Assembly: GCA_965215565.1 (NCBI GenBank) | Contig: CBDCDZ010000004.1 | Span: 3,776,001-3,840,000, forward strand | Source of the DNA: Trueperaceae bacterium | Lineage (GTDB): Bacteria; Deinococcota; Deinococci; Deinococcales; Trueperaceae | Length of the DNA: 64,000 nt | Direction: 5' to 3' | In this document: positions 27,489 through 37,520 of the stretch, one piece after another | Layout of the letters: the number at the start of each line of letters is the position of its first letter | How positions within the stretch are numbered: position 1 is the stretch's first letter | Program-made: the position numbers and the translations under genes | Notes under the pieces: model-generated | The model's database searches: none | Seen by the model: only the letters and a program-made list of their open reading frames with translations | What the model was told of the DNA's origin: nothing

Positions 27489-30110
27489 ATGAAAAAAATC
27501 CATTCTATCTTCTATTGGGGCGTTCCCCTACTGCTCCTGCTAGCCGCGTGCGGCGAGGACGCCGCACCGACAATCCGTAGTGGCGACACTGCGGAGGTGC
27601 GCGTAGCTTCGAACTTGGGCGCGGACACGGCGGCTACAGCGGAGGTGCTTAGCGTGCAAGGCGTCCCTGTTGACCCAGAAACGGGCGAGTCGGGTGTGGC
27701 GAAAGCGGTGCTCGAGGTCTACGACACCCCCACAGGCGAACAACTCTTCTTCAGAGGCGGACAGATTGTGAGTGAAGCCGAAGGGGAAGCGGTGACCTTT
27801 ACGCCGGAGGAAGGGGGCGTCGCCCTCGCCTTGCCCCCCGGCAACTACAGCTTCTTCTTGTCCGCGTTCGACGACCGCGAACCCGCCAACGAACTCGCCT
27901 TCGGTCTCTCTGAAAACGTTGAAGTCGGGGACGCGGACGTCCAAGTCTCCATCTTCTTGGGCAGCTTTTTAGGGGACGTAACCCTCCGCGTGCCCGAGTC
28001 GGTCGAGTCTAACGCTATCTTCGACGCCTTTTTAGAGGTGTCCCCGCCCGGCAGACCCGACCTGCGCGTGCCTGAAGGCGATTACGCTGTGGTTTACGAC
28101 GCTTTCGGGCCGAGCCAGATACTTTCAGAAAGTCAGCTCGGCGCAAGAGTCGCGGCGGGTTGCGACGACGTTCGGATCGTCGCGCGCACGAGAAGGGTTG
28201 GACCTCGCGCCAAAGCACGCTTCGAGACCAACGCGACAGTCCCGGTCAGCGGTGGAGCGTGCGGAGACGGCTCGGGCGTCGGCGCAGACCTCATCCTGCC
28301 CTTCGTCGCCATCACGAGCCCCGGCGAAGGCGCAAACGTGGACGCTGAGTTTACCCTCATAGGCGACGTGAACGACCAGCAGAGCGGCGTCGACCGCGTC
28401 GAGGTCTACGAGGGCACGGTCCTCTTAGGCGAAGCCGACATCGACACGAATGAGATGCGCTGGAGCTTCGACGTCTCTCTAGAGAAGGGCGCTTACACCT
28501 TGACGGCTGTTGCCTTTGACAACGCGGGCAATACCAGCCGAGAAGAGGTCCGTGTCACGGTTAAAGAGGGCGACGGGAGTACGGGCGGTGAACCCTGCGT
28601 CAACCCGGTAGAGATTCCCGATGAAAACTTGAGAGAGAGGCTGAATCAGGCACTAGGGCGGTCAGACGACGCCGAGCTGACGTGTGAAAACTTGGCTGAG
28701 CTAACCGAGTTGAGGCTTCAAAATCTCGACGGATTAGAGGCGGACAACGTCGTAACGCGCTTAGAAGGACTTCAGTACGCCGTAAATCTGGAACGTTTAG
28801 AGCTTTTTACGCGCACCTTTCGTTCTTATGACCCTTATGAAGACCTAGAGGTCATCTCGAGCCTTAAAAAGCTGACCTACTTCGAAACGGATCAGAGCGT
28901 TCAAGACCTCTCTTTTCTAGCTGGTGCGGTGAGCCTCGAGACGCTTATCCTGACCTCGCGGTTTACGCAGGGTTCTCCCAACGAATATACCGACCTTGCT
29001 CCATTGGCAAACCTCACAAACCTCCGAGTTCTTGATCTCGGTTCCGTACCCGAAGGAGCCCTCGCTGATATCACGCCCCTTGCGGACCTTACGGCGTTAG
29101 AAGACCTCGACCTTAGTAATAACAGCGTCAGCGACCTCACGTCCCTCGTCGCGAATGAAGGGCTAGGACAGGGCGACACCGTCAATGTGGCGGGCAATCC
29201 CCTCGAGACCTGCCCCGGTTCTGAGGATAGGCGGAACATAGACGCGCTCCTTAGACGCGGCGTCGAGGTGGTGTTTAGCGAGCCTACCGACTGTCAACCT
29301 GATGGTGGTGAGCAAGCGTGCACCGACCCCGTGGAGATTCCTGACAAAAATCTGAGGAACATCATCAGGGGAGCCTTAGACCTTTCAGACGACGCCGAGC
29401 TGACCTGTGAGGCTCTAGCTGAGCTGACCGAGCTGTTCATCGGCTACACCGACGGACCCGACGCAGAGTCCTTTAACGTCAGCAACTTAGAGGGGCTGCA
29501 ATACGCCGTCAACTTAGAGCGCCTAGAGCTTCGGCTCAACACCTTTCGTGGCTCATCGCCTATAGATGACCTTTCTCCCTTGGCAGGTTTAGAAAACCTC
29601 ACTTACCTCAAAGTCGACAAGGAGAGTTTAGAAGACATCTCTTTTGTAGCTGAGCTAACCGCTTTGGAAGAACTCGATCTCACCCCGCTTCAAAGCGGCA
29701 GAATCGAGGACATTTCACCCTTGGCTAACCTCGTCAACTTAGAGCGGCTCTACCTCAGCCGCAACTCGTTCATCCGAGACATCACACCCCTCGCCAACCT
29801 CACGGAGCTAGACATCCTCTTCCTCGACGGTAACGCAGTTCGCGACATCACGCCCTTGGAGGATTTGACGGACTTGGACGTGCTCGTCTTGGACGTCAAC
29901 GAGATAGCCGACCTCAGCCCGCTGCTAGAAAATGAAGGGCTGGGCGAGGGCGACGATACAATTAGCCTCAGCTCAAACTGCTTCGACCCCGCAGACCCCG
30001 ACGTGCTAGCGGTTGTCCGGCAACTCGAGGCGCGCAACCCCAATCAAATGAACGTGACCTACGACGAGTTCAGTTCGCCTAGCGAGAGCGACTGCTCTTA
30101 CTTGGAGTAG
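27489..30110 (+). CDS. Lipoprotein with Ig-like domain and two internalin-like LRR modules
   Basis: Lipobox LAAC, AVAFDNAGN, twice-repeated VEIPDxNLR...LTCExLAELTEL cap, and DITPLANLT repeats. Confidence 0.85.
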   Translation: MKKIHSIFYWGVPLLLLLAACGEDAAPTIRSGDTAEVRVASNLGADTAATAEVLSVQGVPVDPETGESGVAKAVLEVYDTPTGEQLFFRGGQIVSEAEGEAVTFTPEEGGVALALPPGNYSFFLSAFDDREPANELAFGLSENVEVGDADVQVSIFLGSFLGDVTLRVPESVESNAIFDAFLEVSPPGRPDLRVPEGDYAVVYDAFGPSQILSESQLGARVAAGCDDVRIVARTRRVGPRAKARFETNATVPVSGGACGDGSGVGADLILPFVAITSPGEGANVDAEFTLIGDVNDQQSGVDRVEVYEGTVLLGEADIDTNEMRWSFDVSLEKGAYTLTAVAFDNAGNTSREEVRVTVKEGDGSTGGEPCVNPVEIPDENLRERLNQALGRSDDAELTCENLAELTELRLQNLDGLEADNVVTRLEGLQYAVNLERLELFTRTFRSYDPYEDLEVISSLKKLTYFETDQSVQDLSFLAGAVSLETLILTSRFTQGSPNEYTDLAPLANLTNLRVLDLGSVPEGALADITPLADLTALEDLDLSNNSVSDLTSLVANEGLGQGDTVNVAGNPLETCPGSEDRRNIDALLRRGVEVVFSEPTDCQPDGGEQACTDPVEIPDKNLRNIIRGALDLSDDAELTCEALAELTELFIGYTDGPDAESFNVSNLEGLQYAVNLERLELRLNTFRGSSPIDDLSPLAGLENLTYLKVDKESLEDISFVAELTALEELDLTPLQSGRIEDISPLANLVNLERLYLSRNSFIRDITPLANLTELDILFLDGNAVRDITPLEDLTDLDVLVLDVNEIADLSPLLENEGLGEGDDTISLSSNCFDPADPDVLAVVRQLEARNPNQMNVTYDEFSSPSESDCSYLE

Positions 30111-30136
30111 CGTCATCTTGAAGCGCAGCGCCTAGC

Positions 30137-30178
30137 ATAAGGCTCGAGACCTCTTCGCGAAGAGGTCTCGAGCCTTAT
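30137..30178. terminator. Perfect 42-bp palindrome / terminator
   Basis: ATAAGGCTCGAGACCTCTTCG-CGAAGAGGTCTCGAGCCTTAT. Confidence 0.75.
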
Positions 30179-30216
30179 TTAACTTTTCTTATCTCGAGCT
30201 AAAGGTAGCATACGGC

Positions 30217-30972
30217 ATGGACGATATCGGCAAACGCGGAAACAACCGAGGCTACGGAAAAAAACCTGAAAAACAGTACGTCATCGACGCCCTAGCCGGC
30301 GAATCCTGGCGGCTCTTTCGCATCATGGGTGAGTTCGTGCAAGGCTTCGAAGACATGAGCGACGTGGATAGAGCCGTCACCATCTTCGGCTCGGCGCGGC
30401 TCAAGGTAGACCACCCTTACTACGAACAAGCGGAGCGCTTAGCTAAAAAACTCGCCGCATGCGACTACACCGTCATCACAGGTGGCGGCCCCGGCATCAT
30501 GGAAGCAGGTAATAAGGGCGCATATGAAGCGAAAGGGCGCTCCATCGGTCTAAACATCGACTTACCCTTTGAGCAAGGCGCGAACCCCTACTTGACCGAC
30601 GAACTGAACTTCCGCTACTTCTTCATTCGCAAGGTGATGCTCGTCAAGTACTCCACCGCCTTCGTCGTCTTTCCCGGCGGCTTCGGCACCATAGACGAGC
30701 TGTTCGAATCCTTGACCCTCATCCAGACCAAAAAGATCAAACCCTTTCCCATCTACTTAGTCGGGAAAGAGTTCTGGGGTGGGCTTTTGGCTTGGCTCGA
30801 GGACACCCTCTTAGAGATGGGCACGATTGCGCCCAAAGACATGCACCTCTTCAAAGTGGTGGACAAGGTCGAGTCGATTCCCGAAGAGATTGACGACTAT
30901 TACGAGAGCTTGGAGCATGGGGGGTTTGAGGTGCCGAGTGACGTGAATGAGGTTGTGGAGACGGAGGGGTAG
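30217..30972 (+). CDS. LOG family (TIGR00730-type) Rossmann-fold protein
   Basis: ITGGGPGIMEAGN, FFIRKVML and PGGFGTIDE. Confidence 0.9.
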   Translation: MDDIGKRGNNRGYGKKPEKQYVIDALAGESWRLFRIMGEFVQGFEDMSDVDRAVTIFGSARLKVDHPYYEQAERLAKKLAACDYTVITGGGPGIMEAGNKGAYEAKGRSIGLNIDLPFEQGANPYLTDELNFRYFFIRKVMLVKYSTAFVVFPGGFGTIDELFESLTLIQTKKIKPFPIYLVGKEFWGGLLAWLEDTLLEMGTIAPKDMHLFKVVDKVESIPEEIDDYYESLEHGGFEVPSDVNEVVETEG

Positions 30973-31038
30973 GAGCGAGTGGCATAAGCAAGGTTTAGAA
31001 AGGGTCAGATAAGCAGTCCGACCCTCAAATTCAATTCG

Positions 31039-31590
31039 CTAAAATCCACCTAGTGAAAAAATAGCGACGAGGGCCGGTGTGCCTATGATGACCGCGACAA
31101 TAAATGACGCAAAAAATGCCTTGAGTACGGTGAACTGGTGCGCTTCTGCCACGGCTCGCCAGTGAACCGTCCACGTCCAAATAGACATAACTACTAAAAA
31201 AGCAAAGAGAATATAAGCGATTTCCGCAAACTGTAAAGCGTTGCCAAGGACCGTCAAGCTAAGGAGGATGACGCGCCATTGAAGCGTTGGCAGGTAGTAG
31301 CCCCATATGGTTGCAGTTCTCATTGCCTCTCCTGTGCCTTGACCGCCGAACCAACTTCCTACCCAGCGCAGTAAGAAAGCGTAAACATAGAGGATGATAA
31401 ACGCCATGATTGGACCAACAATGATACCGATGGGTCCACTTCGTAATCCGATTACAACGCCCGCAATAAGCATAATAGGGATGGCGTGTTTTCCTGAATC
31501 AGTATTCAAGAGGTCGCGAATAATGGCTCTTGGCTGCGTCCAAATCTCGAGCCAGCGATTGTTGATAGAAGGTTGAGCGGATTGTTGCAC
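31039..31590 (-). CDS. Yip1 family membrane protein
   Basis: IWTQPR, WVGSWFGGQG and AEAHQF; about 5 TM segments. Confidence 0.75.
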   Translation of the reverse strand: MQQSAQPSINNRWLEIWTQPRAIIRDLLNTDSGKHAIPIMLIAGVVIGLRSGPIGIIVGPIMAFIILYVYAFLLRWVGSWFGGQGTGEAMRTATIWGYYLPTLQWRVILLSLTVLGNALQFAEIAYILFAFLVVMSIWTWTVHWRAVAEAHQFTVLKAFFASFIVAVIIGTPALVAIFSLGGF

Positions 31591-31691
31591 GGTAACGTCT
31601 CCTAAAGATTTGACCTCTTGGCATCTTAGGGAGTTGCGCCGCGCCGCCTCGTAAAATTTTCAATACGGCTGCGAAAGGTGTGAAGAAAAGG

Positions 31692-32333
31692 TTAAACCAA
31701 GCCCTGCTCGAGCCCCTTCAACACCGCCCGCGTCCGGTCTCTCACGCCGAACTTGGACAAGACCGAAGAGACGTGATTTTTTACGGTTCCCTCGGAAACG
31801 CTCAAGGCTTGCGCGATGTCGCGGTTCGAGTAGCCGCCCGCCATGAGCCGCAGCACTTCGCGCTCGCGTTCGGTCAAGGGATCGGGTGTGTCTAAACTTG
31901 GATAGTCGTTATCAAGGTGGCTGAGCCCGCGCAAGATGCGCTCTGTTACAGCGGGTTGAATCAAGGTTTTGCCCTCATGTAAGGTGTGCACCGCGTTCAC
32001 AAGCTGTTCTAAAGACACGTCTTTCAAGAGGTAGCCCTTCGCGCCGAGTTTGAGCCCTTCTAAAACGAGCGCGTCGTCATCGAAGGTGGTGAGAATAAGG
32101 ACGGGCGGCGCGTACTCGGCGCTGCGCAGACCTCTTAATACGCCTAACCCGTCCAGCACAGGCATTCGCAAATCTAAAAGAACGACATCGGGTTTTGTCT
32201 GGGCGATGACCTCTAAACCCTCTTCACCGTCGGAAGCTTCGGCAATCACTTCGGTGTCGTCGGCGAGTTCTAAAAGGCTTTTAATCCCTTGCCGTACGAG
32301 CGTTTGGTCGTCCACCAAACAAACGCGAATCAT
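31692..32333 (-). CDS. NarL/LuxR family response regulator
   Basis: LVDDQ, DLRMP and LTEREREVLRLMAGGYSN...TVKNHV. Confidence 0.95.
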   Translation of the reverse strand: MIRVCLVDDQTLVRQGIKSLLELADDTEVIAEASDGEEGLEVIAQTKPDVVLLDLRMPVLDGLGVLRGLRSAEYAPPVLILTTFDDDALVLEGLKLGAKGYLLKDVSLEQLVNAVHTLHEGKTLIQPAVTERILRGLSHLDNDYPSLDTPDPLTEREREVLRLMAGGYSNRDIAQALSVSEGTVKNHVSSVLSKFGVRDRTRAVLKGLEQGLV

Positions 32334-33475
32334 GCGGGTAACGTGGCGCGTAGGGCGAAACCCTCGCCGGGGGAAGAGGTCAGCGAGAGGTCGCCGCCGA
32401 GTGAGACGAGCCGCTCTCTCATCCCGCTCAGCCCGTTGCCTGCCGTGACCTCTTTCGCGCCGCGTCCGTCGTCATGGGCGCTGATTTCGATGCCACTTGG
32501 GGTGTGGTGAAGCTCGAGCCACAAGTTCTCCGCTTGCGCGTGTTTGAGGGTATTCGTGATGACCTCTTGCACGCAGCGCACGATGACCTGGGCGCGGTGG
32601 GGGTCGTCTAGGTCTAAGTCTCGAGGTGCGTCCAGATGAATCTTCAAGCTAGGAATGTCGTGGGTGAGCATTTCCAGCGCCGCAGAGAGGTCGAGCGCGG
32701 TGTCCTCTCGCAAGGTGCTGACCGTCTCGCGCACGTCGCTCAAGAGAAGTTTCGTCAAGGATTGTGCTTTCTGCACGTGCTCCAACGGCTTTCCCTCGGA
32801 GACGTGCGAGGCAACCTCTAAGTTCAGACTCAGCGCGGTGAGGTGGTGCCCCATGAGGTCGTGGAGGTCGCGGGCGATTCTCACGCGCTCAGCCGTCCGG
32901 CTGCTCTCCGCTAAGAGGGCTTGCGTGGCGCGGAGTTCGGCGTTGACCTGGGCGAGTTCTTCGCGCGCTTTCGCTTCGCTGAGCGCGGTGTAAGAGGTAA
33001 AAAGGGCGAATATCTGAAAGCTCAAGTAGATGCCTGCGTTGAAAATCAGCTCAACGGCAGTCCATTCAACGCTGAATGCGTGGATAAGCGTGGCGACGGC
33101 GCTCTGTAAAAGGACGAGGCTCACCGCCAAGCGGAGCGAGCCGAGCCAAGCGTACTGTGAGGCGAGGATGACTAAGAGTACGCTAGCGAGGTCGAAGGGG
33201 ATGAGCGCGAGCGCGACTAAGGTGGCGAACAGTTGCACGCCGATAAGCGCCCAGAGTTGACGTTTGGAGTGAACTTGGTCCCCCGCGCGGCTGACCTGCC
33301 AGAAAGCTGCGCCGAATGTGAAAAAGGCGAGCAGCCAGATGAGGTAACGCGCCTCTAAGAGGTGCGCGGGCTCCTGCGCGATGTCGGCAAAAATAGGCAA
33401 ACCTGCCACGAGCCAAGTCGCGAGACCTGCTAGGCAGAGAAACCAGTCGCTGGTAAGCGTGTCTTTCAACTTCAC
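32330..33475 (-). CDS. Membrane sensor histidine kinase (HisKA_3, DesK-like)
   Basis: ERVRIARDLHDLMGH, QEVITNTLKHA, DDGRG and GLSGMRERL. Start uncertain (ORF track gives 33556). Confidence 0.92.
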   Translation of the reverse strand: MKLKDTLTSDWFLCLAGLATWLVAGLPIFADIAQEPAHLLEARYLIWLLAFFTFGAAFWQVSRAGDQVHSKRQLWALIGVQLFATLVALALIPFDLASVLLVILASQYAWLGSLRLAVSLVLLQSAVATLIHAFSVEWTAVELIFNAGIYLSFQIFALFTSYTALSEAKAREELAQVNAELRATQALLAESSRTAERVRIARDLHDLMGHHLTALSLNLEVASHVSEGKPLEHVQKAQSLTKLLLSDVRETVSTLREDTALDLSAALEMLTHDIPSLKIHLDAPRDLDLDDPHRAQVIVRCVQEVITNTLKHAQAENLWLELHHTPSGIEISAHDDGRGAKEVTAGNGLSGMRERLVSLGGDLSLTSSPGEGFALRATLPA

Positions 33476-33507
33476 AAGTCTACTCGTTTCACCTCTCGGG
33501 TGCCCCT

Positions 33508-33553
33508 GCCGAAAGTCACGCCCTTTGCTGAGCTGTAGGGATGACCTCTTGCA
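33508..33553. promoter_or_regulatory. Candidate NarL-family response regulator boxes
   Basis: TGCCGAAAGTCA and TGACCTCTTGCA (TGAC-N4-GTCA-like) in the divergent intergenic region. Confidence 0.35.
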
Positions 33554-33631
33554 CATGCGCGTAGGAGGGGAGAGGGGCTAGGCTCGAGTCACACCGAGAG
33601 AGCACCGAAGTTCTTTCGAGGAGGTGAGGCC

Positions 33632-34393
33632 ATGCTCGTTCAAATTATGCTCATGCAAGCTGAGTTCGTTCAAACCGCGCTCGTCATCACGCACATTTTA
33701 GCCGGAACCACCGCGCTCGTCGTCGCGCCCGTGGCGATGGCGGTGCGCAAAGGAGGCAAAGCGCACAAGAGGTGGGGCTGGGTCTTCTTCTGGGCGATGT
33801 TTGTGATCTTCGTGAGCGCGGTTGCGCTCCTCGCCTTTCGTCCGAACGTCTTCCTCTTTATCATCTCGATTCTGAGCTTCTACGCGGTCTTTTCGGGCAC
33901 GCGCTCACTGCGGCGCAAGCGTCCAGAAAGAGGTCAGCAAGCAACCTGGCTCGACTGGTTCGGTGCGGTGGTTGCGCTTCTCGCTGGTCTTTCTTTCGTC
34001 CTCTGGGGCGCGCTGCCGCTGATTGGGCTCGCCTCGAGCAACGTCCCCGTCAGCTTTTCCGTCCTGGGCATCGCCTTCGGCGCGTTTCTCGCGCAGATGG
34101 CGCGAACGGACCTGCGCAGCTTCGTCACCACGCCAAAAGACCGCAACTGGTGGTGGTTCTATCACATGGACCGGATGCTGAGCGGCTACCTCGCGGCGGT
34201 GACGGCGTTCATGGTGCAGAACGTGGGACCGCGCTTGCCGGAGAGCCTCGAGTGGACCGTCTGGGCGCTGCCGGGTGTGGTTGGCGGCATCTTCGTCGGG
34301 CAGTGGATAGGCTACTACAAGCGCAAGTTTGCGGCGCACGCTTCTAAAGTGGAGCGTGTTGCGGCTCCGTTGGCAGTTCCGAAGGAGCAGTGA
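33632..34393 (+). CDS. DUF2306-like membrane protein, likely target of the two-component system
   Basis: HILAG...KGGKAHKRWG and HMDRMLSGYLAAVTAF. Divergent from the TCS. Confidence 0.75.
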   Translation: MLVQIMLMQAEFVQTALVITHILAGTTALVVAPVAMAVRKGGKAHKRWGWVFFWAMFVIFVSAVALLAFRPNVFLFIISILSFYAVFSGTRSLRRKRPERGQQATWLDWFGAVVALLAGLSFVLWGALPLIGLASSNVPVSFSVLGIAFGAFLAQMARTDLRSFVTTPKDRNWWWFYHMDRMLSGYLAAVTAFMVQNVGPRLPESLEWTVWALPGVVGGIFVGQWIGYYKRKFAAHASKVERVAAPLAVPKEQ

Positions 34394-34523
34394 CGATGAA
34401 TCGTAAGGTCTGACCTGGGGCTCGAGTTCTTCCCCTGTCGAGTACGAAAGTTGACAGAATAGAGAAAAATAGGGAAAAGAGGTGAGCTTCAAGCTCACCC
34501 CTTGAACAGTTGACTTAGAAGGA

Positions 34524-34970
34524 TTAGGCGACGAACTCGAGCTTCAAAGAGGTCTCGTCTACCTCGCGCTCTTCGGTCGCGCAGATGAGCCGCGCGTCCT
34601 CGCTGTAGAGCCCACGCATCATCTGAATGATGCTCTCTAAAGAGGTCGCGGTGCGCGTCAGAAATTCGCCGTTGATGTAGACCTCTTTATTCATGGCGTT
34701 CTCCGCTTGTGAGGCGCGAAAGGAGGCATTGAGTTGGGCGCGAGCTTGCTCGGCGCGCGAGACCGTCTCGTCGAGTTCTCTATGGATGCGCATAAACGAG
34801 ATGACCTTTTCGCGCTGCTCGGGGGTCATGAACTTCGCGGAGCGCGAGCCGGTGAGGTGCTCTAAAAGTCCTTGGTATTGGTTAGGCGCAAGCTCCAACT
34901 CGTCGCGCAGGGCGTGAATCGTTTGGAGCTGTCCGACGTAATAGGGGTAGTCGGGAGAGGTCTTTTCCAT
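34524..34970 (-). CDS. Hypothetical protein with GemA/Mu gp16 (DUF1018)-like N-terminus
   Basis: IHALRDELELAPNQYQGLLEHLTGSRSAKFMTPEQREKVISFM. TAAACT 6 nt before the ATG. Confidence 0.6.
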   Translation of the reverse strand: MEKTSPDYPYYVGQLQTIHALRDELELAPNQYQGLLEHLTGSRSAKFMTPEQREKVISFMRIHRELDETVSRAEQARAQLNASFRASQAENAMNKEVYINGEFLTRTATSLESIIQMMRGLYSEDARLICATEEREVDETSLKLEFVA

Positions 34971-35037
34971 GTCCCTAGTTTAGCATAAAATACCTTAAAT
35001 AATAAGGTAATAGGCGACGTCAAAAAGGGTATGTTGG

Positions 35038-35247
35038 GGCGTCGGTCCTTGGACGGCGCACATGGTTTTGATGTTCAGCTTAGGGCGTCTGAACGTCTGG
35101 CCGACGGGCGACTTGGGCGTGGTCAAGGTGGCTGAGCAACGCTACGGGGCGAAAGGGCGGGTGGAACTGGACGCGCTCGGCGAACGCTTCGCTCCCTACC
35201 AGAGCGTCGCCGTCTGGTATTTTTGGCAGTTCACATTGGCACGCTAG
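35038..35247 (+). pseudogene. C-terminal fragment of AlkA-type DNA-3-methyladenine glycosylase
   Basis: HhH-GPD motif GVGPWTAHMVLMFSLGRLNVWPTGDLGV...APYQSVAVWYFW. The N-terminal half is absent. Confidence 0.75.
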
Positions 35248-35322
35248 AGGCGCGCGCTTGCGCTATGATGAGAGGAGAGTAAAGGCTTGGAAAGTGGAAG
35301 GGTTGAGGCGAAGGAGTAAACT

Positions 35323-36444
35323 GTGAGTATCGTGCGTAAAGGTGTTCCCGTCTTCTTCGTTATGCTGGCGGCTTTGAGTTTAGGTATCGTCGTGCTGTGG
35401 CAGCTTGGATTTTTAGGCGGGGACGCGCTGAGCTTTCAGTCGCCCGAAGAGGTGGCGACGGCGGAGCTTTTTGAGGCGATCGAGGCAGGGGATTTGCCAG
35501 ACGTCAGAGCAAGCCTAGAGGCAGGTGCGAACCTGAACGCAGTCGAAGAGGAGATGACGCCGCTGATGCTCGCCGCGAGAGCGGGCAACCTAGGTATCCT
35601 CACCGAACTGCTGCAACGCGGCGCGGAGGTCAATGTAACAATGAGCACCGGGCTGACGCCGCTCATGTTCGCCCTCAGAGACAGCGACATCCCCGCGACG
35701 GCGATCACGCTCCTCAACGCGGGCGCGGACCCCACGCTGACCGATAGCGAAGGGCGCACCGCGCTCGACTACGCCACCGAAAACGGCGTGATGCGGCGTT
35801 CGGGGCTCTATATCTTGCTCGAGGACCTCGTCAGCCGCCCCTTCAACCCGGCGTGGCCGAGCGCGTTCATCTCGCCCGTGCCGGGTGCAACCTTCAGCTC
35901 GCGCGCGCCGCACCTTCCGGGCGCGCGGCGGGCGTACCGCAACGGCTACCACGAAGGCTTCGACTTCTACAACGGCGTGGTGAGCGTGCCCATCACCTAC
36001 GGCACGCCCGTCGTGGCGACGGCGGACGGCGTGGTGGTGCGCGCAGATCACGACTACAGCGAACTCACGCCGCAAGAACTCCAAGCTCTGCTAGACGACG
36101 CGGCGGCGCGTCTCGCAACGCCGCAAGAGACGCTCGACAAGCTGCGCGGACGCCAGGTCTGGCTCTCGCACCCCGGCGGTTTCGTCTCGCGCTACGCGCA
36201 CCTCTCGGATATTCCCGCTGACTTAGAGGTTGGGCAAGTCGTGGTGCAAGGTCAAACCGTGGGCTTCGCGGGCAACTCGGGCACGTCTGAAGGTGTAGCC
36301 GGGACGCAGGACGACGCGCACCCTCACTACGAGCTGTGGCGCGGCGACGAGACGTATTTGGGTGAGGGCTTAGAGCCCGACGGGATTTACCCGCTCGTCG
36401 CGCAGGTCTTTGGAGAGCGGGCGCTGCCGCCCTTTCGGGAGTGA
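35323..36444 (+). CDS. Membrane-anchored ankyrin-repeat + M23 peptidase
   Basis: TPLMLAA, TPLMFA and TALDYA ankyrins; HEGFDF, YAHLS and HPHYE zinc ligands. Confidence 0.88.
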   Translation: MSIVRKGVPVFFVMLAALSLGIVVLWQLGFLGGDALSFQSPEEVATAELFEAIEAGDLPDVRASLEAGANLNAVEEEMTPLMLAARAGNLGILTELLQRGAEVNVTMSTGLTPLMFALRDSDIPATAITLLNAGADPTLTDSEGRTALDYATENGVMRRSGLYILLEDLVSRPFNPAWPSAFISPVPGATFSSRAPHLPGARRAYRNGYHEGFDFYNGVVSVPITYGTPVVATADGVVVRADHDYSELTPQELQALLDDAAARLATPQETLDKLRGRQVWLSHPGGFVSRYAHLSDIPADLEVGQVVVQGQTVGFAGNSGTSEGVAGTQDDAHPHYELWRGDETYLGEGLEPDGIYPLVAQVFGERALPPFRE

Positions 36445-36501
36445 CGTCAGCGGATTACTCTAATTGCGCGGTTTAGGGATGAAGATTGAGAGGTGTGAAC
36501 G

Positions 36502-37197
36502 ATGTTCGCCAAGACCGCGCGCTATTATGACCTTATCTATAGCTTCAAGGACTACACCGCAGAAGTCGCTAAAATTTCAGCGCTCATCCAGAAAGAGCAT
36601 CCTATAGCTCAGACTATCTTAGATGTGGCGTGCGGTACGGCTGAACACGCGGCGCTACTCAGCGAGAGATTCCAAGTTGATGGGATTGACTTAGAGCCCC
36701 TCTTCGTTGAATTGGCTAGAGAAAAAGTCCCTTCAGGTGAGTTCTGGCTGGCGGATATGCGCGACTTCAACCTGCCGAGACGCTATGACGTGATTCAATG
36801 CCTATTTAGCTCTATTGGCTACCTGCCAGATGAGGCAAGCGTCGTGGCTGCGCTAGAGAGGTTCAAGGCACACCTCAACCCTGGCGGCGTTATCTTCGTC
36901 GAACCCTGGATAACGCCCGAGGCTTGGCAAAGCGGACATATAAGCATGGTCACGGCTGAAACACCCGATGTCAAACTCTGCCGAATGAGCGTAACGGAGC
37001 GGCAGGGTCGGCGTTCTCTTCTCAATTTTCATTACCTCATTGCGACGCGAGAAGGCGTGGAGCATCCGACAGAACTGCACGAACTCACCCTCTATACAAA
37101 AAAGGAGATGCTTTCGTGTTTTGCCGGGGCGGGTTTAAAGGTGGACTACGATGAAGCAGGACTTTTCGGACGAGGTTTGTACATAGCTCGCGAATGA
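36502..37197 (+). CDS. Class I SAM-dependent methyltransferase
   Basis: LDVACGTAEH, DMRDF and CLFSSIGY. Confidence 0.88.
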   Translation: MFAKTARYYDLIYSFKDYTAEVAKISALIQKEHPIAQTILDVACGTAEHAALLSERFQVDGIDLEPLFVELAREKVPSGEFWLADMRDFNLPRRYDVIQCLFSSIGYLPDEASVVAALERFKAHLNPGGVIFVEPWITPEAWQSGHISMVTAETPDVKLCRMSVTERQGRRSLLNFHYLIATREGVEHPTELHELTLYTKKEMLSCFAGAGLKVDYDEAGLFGRGLYIARE

Positions 37198-37214
37198 CTT
37201 TTCCTGCGTTACTC

Positions 37215-37399
37215 TAGCAGTTCCAAGACATACTGAGACAGATGAGCGCTTTCCGTAGGCTTCCGCCAAAGGCGGGAGACGGAAGTTTTGGCAACGCCAA
37301 AGGCATCATCATCGAATGTGCGTGCTAGTTAGGCACTTTTCGCAAAGCGAAACGTCGTTTCATCTAGTGAGCGTGTCTCAAACCAGATGATACCTGCTA
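37215..37399. mobile_element. MITE-like element, long form, reverse orientation
   Basis: TAGCAGTTCCAAGACATACTGAG...CTCAAACCAGATGATACCTGCTA. Closely matches the copies at 41709 and 58872. Confidence 0.8.
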
Positions 37400-37520
37400 C
37401 TCCTATTCATCCCATCGAATCTGCTAATAAGGTGGCGCGAACCGCTTCCAAAATAATTGCTGCTCTGTGTAATCCTTTTTCATCTTTATAAAGTACACCA
37501 CACCGAGTCACCTCATCCCT

